The position numbers and the translations under genes were made by a program. DNA of 64,000 nt from the NCBI GenBank assembly GCA_036785375.1, contig JAWMAR010000148.1:5022001-5086000 (forward strand), written 5' to 3'. The notes beneath the pieces are model-generated. The model had not been told where the DNA came from, did no database searches, and saw only the letters and a program-made list of their open reading frames with translations. The stretch comes from Leucoraja ocellata (Eukaryota). Shown one piece after another: positions 53,212 to 64,000 of this stretch (the first letter of the stretch is position 1; the number at the start of each line of letters is the position of its first letter).

Positions 53212-54873
53212 TAGGAATTTACATTCTAATCCAAGCGAGCATTTCGACTATATTATCAAATACTAAGGGTGATAATTTTATGTACCTGTTGAGCAAAGAT
53301 AGTTCTATCATTCTGAAATTGTACAATGTCACAGCACAGAAATGGGTTATTTGAGTGATCAGATCTGCACTGATCTATTTTGTATGAGACATTTTAGTGA
53401 TTTCATTTTATTGTTTTATGGGAAACAAAGGAATAATATATTTCTATATTTTATTTTCATTGTCATTTTTATTATCTTGAATTTATACATTAATTTCGTG
53501 ACCCTTTCACCAACCAGTTTCTGCAATCTATCACTATTTGGTTTATTGCCACTCTGTCATCTTAAAATCCATTGGGTCTCTACTTTATTTGCTTCAATGG
53601 AAAAAATAACACTGGATTTGCAAATACATGTAATGTTGATAAGAACTAAGCTTGAATATTTGTGTTTGTTTTTATGTCCCTAGAATAATGAGATGTCCAA
53701 AATTTGCAATATGCTTGTAGACTTTAGAGAGATAGTGTGTAAACAGGCCCTGCGGCCCACCGTCCGCACCGACCAGTGATCACCGTGTATACCAGCACTG
53801 TTCCACATGTTAGGGACAATTTACAAAGCCAGTTAACCTACAAAACTGTACATCTCTGGAATATGCGAGGAAACAGGAGCACCCGGAGAAAACCCACACA
53901 GTCATAGGGAGAACGTACAAATACCATACAGACAGCACCCGTAGTCAGGATCGAACCCGGGTCTCTGTTGCTGTCGCTGTAAGGCAGCAACTTTACCGCT
54001 GTACCACTGTGCCATCCTTCAACTAACTCTTAGCACCCAGATCGTGTAATTTATTTTATATTCTATACCACCGGACATAAATCAAATTGTCTTTCTCTTT
54101 ATTGAACAGACTCTATATCTGATTCTATTAAAATGAGTTGTAAATTTGCATACCTAAATCCCTCTTGTCCCTATTAAATAATAGCATTGCTTTCTTTTCC
54201 CTATTGTATTTTTTTTAATAAGTTATTTTTCTATATTAAGCTGCATTGGTCAACTATCAGCCCATGCTCTTGCAGTCTTTTACCAATCTTCTCGTGACTG
54301 CCATTCCCCTCCTCTGATTTGTGTAATTTAGTATATTTTTTCATGTACATCCCACTGGACATTTATCTGTGAGTCATAGTTAAATACATGGCAGCTAGAA
54401 TTTAAATTTACTCTGCCCAGTTGGGAAATCAGTAGTGAGTACACATTCGAAATGAATTGAACTGACGTAAATGTTACTCTTAATTTATACATTTAGTAAA
54501 GAACAGTACACAGACTCCATAATTGATCATTCAAAATATAATCTAGTAAATAGGATTTTATCTCATTTAGGTAATTTCCCTACATTTGTATTTATGATCA
54601 CTGTCATATTAGATTTGTTTTGAAGGAACCTGTGTGTGAAATGTTAATATCGTTCCAGTTTCTGCTCTTTAGTTTTTTTTTTGCAGGTTACAAAATTATG
54701 ATTCTTATTTAATGAAGATATGAAAGTGCAGTTTCTGTTGACAATTTCTTAAATGATTCCCCCATGCATGACTTACTGGTCATGAATATTTATTTATCAC
54801 CAGTCAAAAGACCATTCCTCCGCCACTACACTATCTTCTTTGACCGTGCCAACTCGCCACAGATCCCATGTGA

Positions 54874-55029
<156 letters not shown>

Positions 55030-56515
55030 TAGAACAGTACAGCACAAGAATAGGCCCTTCACCCCACAATGTCTGTGGTGAACATGATGCCAAGACCATC
55101 ACTTATCTACCTGCATATACCCCACATCCCTCCATTCCCTACATAGAAAAACAGGTGCAGGAGTAAGCCATTCGGCCCTTCGAGCCAGCACCGCCATTCA
55201 ATATGATCATGGCTAATCATCTAAAATCAGTACCCTGTTCCTGCTTTCTCCCCATATCCCCACATATCCATATTCCCATCCAAAAGTCTTTCAAATGCCA
55301 CTAAAGTGTCTGCTTTAACCACCACCCACTGCATCCAGTTCCAGGCACCCACTACCCTGTGTGGGGGGAAGAAAATCTTGCCCCACACATCTTTAAACTT
55401 TGCTCCCTTCACTTTAAAGCTATGCCCTCCAGTATTTAACTTTTTTCCTATCGTGGGGAAAAAGATGCATGTTCAAGTGCTTATGCTTTGTAAAGAAGAA
55501 TATTTTTGAATTTCAAAGAGAAGTAAATGAGAGATGTAATTGCTAAATATTATTATTTTGTCAATACAGGGGGGTGACTATTGTCCAGAAACGGAACTGG
55601 GTCTTCCATTTAAATACTGTAACTACAGGAGCATTTCACGGGATGCTTGTCCTGCAGTGAATGACTCGCTTCCTAACACCTCAAAACAATTCAACCCATT
55701 CAGTTCCACTGCTTAAGAAACTTTAAGCCCTCATGATTGGCATCCCATCCACCACCCTAAACATTCATTCCTTTTCAGTTTAGTTTATTATTGTCACGTA
55801 TACCAAGGCACAGTGAAAAACGTTTTGTTGCGGTGCTGTCCAGTCAGAGAAAAGACTATACATAATTACAATCAAGCCGTCCACAGTGTACAGATACATG
55901 ATAGAGGATATAACATTTAGTACAAGCTAAAGTCCTATTAATGATAGTACCAAGTTCTCCAATGAGGTTGATGGAAGTCTGGACTGTTCTCTAGCAGGTG
56001 AGAGGACAGATCAGTTAGCTTTTCTCATTGTGGTTGTATATGTACTGTCTACAGAATGCACTACACTTACCTACCAAGATTCCTTCAACAGCATCTCCCA
56101 AACCTGCACATTAAGTAGGGCCATGGGGCTTGTTATTGTGCTGTACTGTTCTAATAGCAGTGTCCAGGCTAGCGCCACCATACCAGGTCCTCTCTATGTC
56201 TCATGCCTTTTTGACTGGGAAATACATCCATTTATATCACTGGGCCTAAATCCCAGATCTTGCTTTTCAACAGCACCCATGGGAATACCCTCACTGGAAA
56301 GATTGCAGTGGTTCAAGAAGGCAGCTTACTGTCACTTTTAAAGGGCAGTTAGAGATAAGCGTGAAACACAGGCCATGCCATTGGTGCCCAGATCCCAGAT
56401 TTTGACTTTAATGGAGTGCTTTTGATGAGACGTTTCTTTGTACATGTTCAACTCTTTATTAATTCTAAATGTTTAATTATAAATATGGTCAATTAAAGAC
56501 ACAAATGGAAGATAA

Positions 56516-56668
<153 letters not shown>

Positions 56669-59600
56669 TAAAATTCATCTGAAAAGAACTTTGTTATTAA
56701 CTTATCATTTCATAATGGGGTAATATTCCAGTGAAATCAAGGTGGACCTCTTGGCAGAAGAACCTATGATTGGTATAACTGGGAAGCGTACCCTTCTGCT
56801 CAGTTGAGTGCGAGTGGAACTCACGAACACTAAACTGGTGACTACATTATAATAGGTCAGCACAAACCTGTGAACGTCTCCCACGCTGGGAAATGTGATT
56901 GATGAATCCACACCAGGTTTTTCTGGCACAACCAAAGCTGGCCCATCAAGCAGATGAAATGTGTAGGAAGGAACTGCAGATTCAGGTTACACCGAAGATA
57001 GACACAAAGTACTGGAGGAACTCAGTGGGACAGGCAGCATCTCTGTAGAAAAGGAATAGGTGATGTTTCGGTGAATAGGTAAAGATGGGTCTCGACCCGA
57101 AATGTCACCAATTCCTTCTCTCCAGAGATGCTGCCTGCCCCACTGAGTTACTCTGGCATCTTGTGCCTACCTTCTGGCCCATTGAAGTGCATGGGAGAAA
57201 TTGACAGCAGGAGGAAGATTTAGATTTTAATTACTTTTAAACGTATGTACATGATTTTACTACTTATATTTAAGAAGTGATTTTGAATGTTTGTGAATGT
57301 CAATTGGGGGCTCTCGTTATCAATGCTGTTCTGACAGCACAGCTGATCACTTGCCCAAGGCCATATCAGTGTACTGGAAGCCAGCTTCCCTGGAGAAGAC
57401 TGTGCCCAGGACTGTGCTGGAAGAAACAGCCTGGTTCAGTGTTCAAACAGCGGGTGGCAGTGAAACAACTCTGTCAATAGTTAAGTGAATCCACAGCTGT
57501 AACAATGTTGTGGAGAGAGGAAAAAAATAGCAGAATGTAAATATGCTGCTTGTCAAACCCAAACCTTAAATCCATACTTTAAGTGTGAAAGTGTAAATAT
57601 TCATAAATACATTTTAATGTTGAGTCTGTAAGGCTGGCAAGCAAGTAGTGGATGATTAACGCTAGATTGTGAGAAACAGAGAGGCCACAATTTAAAGTTG
57701 TTTAGACAAGAAGAAAAAGCTTCTGGTTCTTACTGTTTATGACCTTGCAGAATGTGCATGAACGGTCAAATAAAGAAATTAAACCTTGTATTCAATAACT
57801 TGGAGTGAAAAAACATGCTGGATATGAGGCACTGCACAGAAGAATAACTTGAGAAACATCAGTACCAAGGCTAGATACTAATAGACTGAAAAACAAATGG
57901 GTATTGGATTAGAAAGGATGAATAAAGAGACATGAATTTGGTACCTAAATTTTTGAATGCAGTGGAATACAAACCTGCTGAAGCCATATAGTGGGTTTGA
58001 AGGAGTCACAAATCGACAAGAGGCAAGAATGCAGCGTTCCGGGGAAGGATGAGGCCGTGCAACAAAATAATGGTGATGCTGGTTATAACTTGGACTCTAG
58101 TAGTTAATGTCGATCGGGCCATTAAGCTGAACATTTTACATGTGGATAAATCCATGTGTTAGGTCGATTAGCCAGGTGAACACTGGAATAGTTCATAGAG
58201 GAGTCAGCAAAAGTATGGATAAGGATCCATGTTGCATGTATGAGAGAGATGGTTGATGAAGAGAAAATTTGGTTTTTGAAAGGGCATTCAGATGCTAACA
58301 GTATAGTTTAACCTGAGCGTGCTGGGATGAATCTGTACCAGGCTTTGGAGTGATGCAGCCACTGAAGATGAGGTTTATGTGATGTGAGCATTTTGTGTCA
58401 GGATTTTAAGTCTCATCGAAAGCCAAGAATGTAGTAGTGTGATTAAATTTCACATGACATTTGTATGCTGCGGGATCCAACTAGTGAATGTGCTAACAAG
58501 TGTTTCTGTTTGCTGCTTGGGATTATTCTCTTTGACATTTGATGCATGTAAATTTGTACTTTCCAAGTCACCTTTCTTAAAATCAGAAAACTGAGTTTAA
58601 TCATCAAAATAACACTTGCACCTGCCACTGAAATACATCATCAGTTGACTTTTTTTTTCTTTTGCTCCTTGTTGTTTTGTTTGGCCATCAGTACATCATG
58701 CAAACAATTGAACATGATCTCTAAGCTAATGTTACTTATCAAAAAGGTTGAGGTGATGTCCCATGTCTCAAGATGGAGAGTAGTTGCTCTGACCATTTAA
58801 AATGGGTCTCTTTAATCGGAACACATTCTCTTTATTTATTTAACAGATTAAACCTTGTTTAAGATTGTTTGAAAATGGGCAGAAAGTTTAAGTGGCTGAA
58901 CTTATTTTTTGTTAGAATACCCCAATGCCTTTCTTCTGTCAGGATATTATTGTACGATTGCTGTTCCGTGATGACTTGCTGGAACACATGCACACATAGG
59001 TATGGTCATCAGTGATGTATGGCAGCATTTAATCCATTGACTCCGAAAGAGTAGAAATTTAGGTGAAGGTCTGGAGGATGCTACATCAAGAGCATGAATC
59101 AGAAAATTTACACTGTGAAAGTCACTTAGCCCATCGTGTCTATGCCAGTTAAAGAAGAGCTATAATCCCACCTTCCAGCAGGAGACCCTGTGGCAGGGTC
59201 ATCGTTCAATTATATGTTTAATTTCCTCAAAGCAGATTGACAGCTTAATGTACCTAATTAAACCAAATCCTACTTGTGTCCTTGAATTTTGGTATGCCTT
59301 CTGTTTAGCATAGTAAATGCATGCCCCATTGCGTTTATTTTGATCTTCTGCAATGTGTCACCGATAAAGGCAAACATGAGAATTTAGTATTAATTAAGCA
59401 CTTTAGTTTGCCACTGGAATGCCAACTCTTCTGTGTTATGCCTCTTAGAATCTGCTATATTGTATGTTCCAGAGATTCACAAACTTGATCTTTCTGTAAT
59501 ACTTTTTGCATGAAGGTTTCAAAAGATAACTAATGTCTTTGTCTTTAGTGGTTCTTGAGTTTAAGTTCCAACTTTGCAGTCCTTCTCTTCTGACTAACAG

Positions 59601-61780
59601 GCAAAGTTTATGTATGGAAAGGAAAATATTATTTTGCATAGTTTATAGCCAAAGCCACACTTTTAATACAGTCACATGTAATAGAGGAAGATGTGGAGCT
59701 GCTTATATTTTAGAGCAAGTTGTGCAAACATCAGTTATATGTGAAATAGAGGGAGAAATATCCAAGGAACACCAGGAGATCTCCTCTGTACTTTGGTGCT
59801 GTTACATTATTTGTATCCATGTAGGTTGGACAGCGTCCACTTTAAATGTCTCCTCCTGAAAAAGTGACTGCCCACAACACTCCCTCTCCCCCCCCCAAAT
59901 CTCATGCTTGAATAACTGTTCAAGTACCTGAATAGGTTATAAAATGTAAATCAGCTGAATCTGGTGAGAATCCTATGACGGAGTCTTGACAGGTAGAATT
60001 TGGACCTTTGAAGCAAGCACCCTCCCACCCCAGTTGTTAGTTTCCATGTGTTTCTGTACATTGCAACACTCGTCATAGTGAATGAGGTTGGATTTGCACA
60101 AAGGTTGAATCTGACGTGTTCATGGGCATTTATTAAACTTATTGCAAAATCATGATGTACAGAACAGGCCACCACCAATGATCTGTAACGGGAAATGTAA
60201 AAAAAAAATTGCCAGTTAATTCCTGACCACTGCACCAACTGAAAATAATGTAATGGGAACAGCTTTAATCGTGAACTGTGAAAGACAGTGAGATTTCAGT
60301 TCTCTGCAAATGTGGTGGTACTGTAGAGTGTTGTTTTCCTCTTTAGAAAAGTTGCTCTTGGTGGCTTTTTTTTCTATAGCCACCAGAGGAAAAATAATAG
60401 CTTCCAATCCAAATGTTCTAAATCTCTGCATCTACTGCAGGGTTTCCCCCACTGCAATCGATACTCCTGCTTAATACATGCACTATTTGACAGCATGAAA
60501 CTGGTTTCATTTGAAGTGTATTAGATTGAGGTAGAATGGGTGTCCTGTATTTTTATTTTTTGCCTTGTTTATTTAACACACCCACAAAAATTCCCATCGG
60601 CCCCTTTCCTCCACAAAACTCCAAGTTTCATAACTTGCCGTGATGAGGAAGTTAGAAACATCCATTTGGTGTTCCCAAGTAGGAATAGGAGAGAAAATGA
60701 TAATAGGGAAGCAGTCTAGGAATCTTTAATATATTTTATTCCAGTCTTATTTCTCTTTGTTTTGCCTGCTTTTATGTTATATTTGCATTTTCATTTTTGT
60801 TTCTGATCTTGTGTTGATTTTATTGTGATGTCTTCCCCCTCTGAACCCGTTTTCTTGAATTATTTTTCTTTTTTTTTGCCACATTACTTTTTCTTCCCAT
60901 TTTAACATCTTTCTGTCCTTTTCATATTTTTATTTCTATCTCCTCCTTACCCTTCCCTTTTTTTCCCCCACCTTACCTGCCCTCTCTGGAACCTGTTGCA
61001 ACTACCTTGGTCAAGCAGCAGAAGTCGATGAAGAGGCAGGGTAGCAGCGGGGGAATCGCAGAAACGGACCTGAAAGCTTGCTTTGGCGGGGAAGCTGAAT
61101 CAAAGGTCAGAAAAATATTTGCGTAATGTCAGGATGGATAGATGTGACAAAACTGTAACATCAGTGTTTGCTTTTGCTGGTGCGGGTGGTGAAGTGGTTA
61201 AGTAAATCAGTTACTTCAATCTGGTATCAGTCATCTAATTAACCTGGCAGTAAGTACAGGTATAGACTTATGGAAATGGCAGGATTGTAAGCACATTTGA
61301 TCTTTCTACCATTTCAAAGTAATGTAAATCATGTTTAATTTCCAAGATTTGAGTTGAGGAAGCCTCAAGACCTATGGTCCCATAGTTATGTACTTATAAA
61401 ATTGTTGGTAATATAGAAAACTAAATGATTGAAACAAATTAACTAAAGTAATATTCTGTAGGCTTTAATTTCTGCTTTTGAGACCCATTGTACTTCAGTA
61501 TATTTTGCAGGAAACACTGGCTCTTCAAACAATGTCTTTGGTTCAGTGTCAAATTATTCAGATTTAAACTGAATAAAAATAATTTTCTACTGTTGAGAAA
61601 GCTAATATTAAAGTCAGAAGTAAATTGTTCATAACTTAAAACAAATGAAATTTAGTGCTCCTTCAACCTCACGACCATACTTCTATGATCATGGAAAGCA
61701 AACTGTCTGTGGCTGCTGAGTTTGGGATTAATTTTGCAAAACTTTGGAATGGCAGTGAATAACACTGAATAATGTCAATA

Positions 61781-61998
61781 CAGGCATTCCCCAGGTCACA
61801 AACACCTGACGTGGACACCTATATATATATTCTCTCTCCCTCTCTCCCTCTCTCCCAATGGTTCTTATCATTCTTGCGTGCTTTTAATGCCATACATTAC
61901 AATAGTTACGGTATCGTGTGATTGTTGTGTCTTTTATGACTGAAATTCTTGTGTATGTCTGTAAATACGGAACCTTTTTATTACCTGGGGACGGCCTG
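61781..61998. mobile_element. Tc1/mariner (pogo/Tigger-type) MITE
   Basis: 18-bp TIRs caggcattccccaggtca and (reverse complement) caggccgtccccaggtaa, with TA on both sides. Confidence 0.75.
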
Positions 61999-62365
61999 TA
62001 GATGTAAAAATAAACTGTGCCCAAAAAAAATTGATATGTATGGTGGATAAAGGGGTAAGGGCACCAAATAGAAGATAGCTTGAATTGGGTTGAGGAAGGA
62101 ATGGCCCCTTTTCATTTTATTCCTTAATATTAACAACGACCAGTTTTATAGACCCAATGTAAACACCTGATCCATTCATAATAATAATAGACAATAGGTG
62201 CAGGAGTAGGCCATTCGGCTCTTCGAGCCAGCACCATTCTTCTGGTTGCAAATATTTCAGTTTTCTGCTTGTGGTCCAAATCGAATCACTCTCAATACTT
62301 TAAAGTGGATACTTCAAAAAGCCACACTGGGGGGAATTGCAACTCTTTGCATGTTTATTTTTCAG

Positions 62366-62455
62366 ATGGACTTATTGCAAGAATTTTATGAAACTACCCT
62401 TGAAGCTTTAAAAGATGCAAAAAATGACCGATTATGGTTTAAGACAAACACAAAG
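62366..62455 (+). CDS. COPS2: COPS2 exon 5
   Basis: [30 protein letters not shown]; 90 bp, AG/GT flanks. Confidence 0.97.
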
Positions 62456-62558
62456 GTAATCCTTCTATTTGTTGAATTGCATTCTGACCAGCTTACCATC
62501 CACCCCTTGATAACTATTGTGAATAATGCTCAATTGATTACCGTATATTTGTTTTCAG

Positions 62559-62636
62559 CTTGGCAAGCTATATTTGGAAAGAGAAGAGTTTGGGAAATTA
62601 CAGAAAATATTACGCCAACTCCACCAGTCATGCCAG
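62559..62636 (+). CDS. COPS2: COPS2 exon 6
   Basis: [26 protein letters not shown]; 78 bp, AG/GT flanks. Confidence 0.97.
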
Positions 62637-63392
62637 GTATTCTGATTTTACTTAAAAAAATATTGTTAATGCATCAACATACAGATTATATAACCGGGTT
62701 TAGTTGGGAATAACCTTGTGATGTTGCCCATGCAAGATTTACCCAACAGTAAAACTCCGATGATCTGGGACAATAGGGTCAGACATATTGCCTCAAAAGT
62801 GTCACAAATGTTAGTGACGGTCTAAACAAGACATTGGTTATGATGACGGCAAAGCCTGTAAGCATTTAACAACTTTTAAAGGCTCGTGGAGTCAATCAGT
62901 GTTTGGCAAGTTCTCTGAAACAGCAATGAGTCATAGAGCTGAACGGCACAGAAACAGGCCCTTCAACCCAACTTGTCCATGCCAACTCAATTTGCATTGT
63001 GTACTTTGCCCACATTTAACACGTATCCCTCCAAAGGCTTCTTACTGATGGAACACAGCGAGATTTGTGCACAGATTTGCTGTCCTGTCCAAAACAATAT
63101 ACTGGCTTTGGATAAAGTTCATAACAATACCAAACTAATTTAAGGGATGAGAGAATTGTCCTATCTAATTAGATCTCTGGAGGTTGAGGGGAGACCTGAT
63201 AGTAGTCCAGGAATCTGGATTTTTTTTTAACTTCTCTGGAGAGTTGTGGAAGCTAGTATTGGAGATATTTCAAGAGGAAGTAGATATATTTTTGAAAGAT
63301 CCACTATAATCATATTGCACCAGGGTCAAGGTGATCTACTCCTGCTGTCTTTTTATGTTCTTGTGGCCCAAATGTATTTTATTATTTCATAG

Positions 63393-63722
<330 letters not shown>

Positions 63723-63746
63723 TAGTACAGTTAGATAATATGTCAA

Positions 63747-64000
63747 CGAAGATAGACACAAAAAGCTGGAGTAACTCAGCGGGTCAAGCAGCATCTCTGG
63801 AGAAAAGGAATAGGTGACGTTTCAGGTCGAGACCCTTCATCAGACTGAGAGTCGGGGGAGTGGGAAATGTGAGAAATGAAAAGGTGCATGGAACAAATGA
63901 ATAAAAGGTATGCAAAAGAACGAGTCAAAGCCAGAAACGATGATCAAGGAAAGATGGAGCCCACAATGGTCCACTGCTGTCTGTGGAGAAGGTGATAACT
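63747..64000 (-). mobile_element. Penelope 3' region with the best-preserved hammerhead-like core
   Basis: Minus strand 63843-63816 reads CTGATGA-A-GGGT-CTCG-ACCT-GAAAC-GTC; the element continues past the window edge. Confidence 0.8.

Noticed and set aside
62340-62366. Alternative COPS2 exon 5 acceptor 21 nt upstream, as I recall from a human isoform with a 7-aa insert
   Set aside because: There is no AG at the equivalent position (62343-62344 is CT).

Overview
Vertebrate genomic DNA, most likely from a cartilaginous fish (skate or ray), inferred from its V-SINE, CR1 and Penelope repeat content. It contains the head-to-head gene pair GALK2 (minus strand, coding exons 1-6, running off the left edge) and COPS2 (plus strand, exons 1-7, running off the right edge). 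About 16.2 kb (28367-44583) is repeated as 44812-60867 across a 200-N scaffold gap. GALK2 exon 1, the shared GC-rich promoter and COPS2 exons 1-4 therefore appear twice, most probably as two uncollapsed haplotypes. Comparing the copies shows (i) a two-part 21-bp promoter VNTR whose arrays change in opposite directions so total length is almost unchanged, and (ii) a polymorphic CR1 insertion carrying a templated 120-bp duplication next to the COPS2 exon 3 acceptor. The introns hold many short Penelope-derived fold-back retroelements with 13-14 bp target-site duplications and minimal hammerhead-ribozyme-like cores. No prokaryotic system, CRISPR array or true RNA gene was found. All homology calls come from my recognition of motifs, not from database searches.
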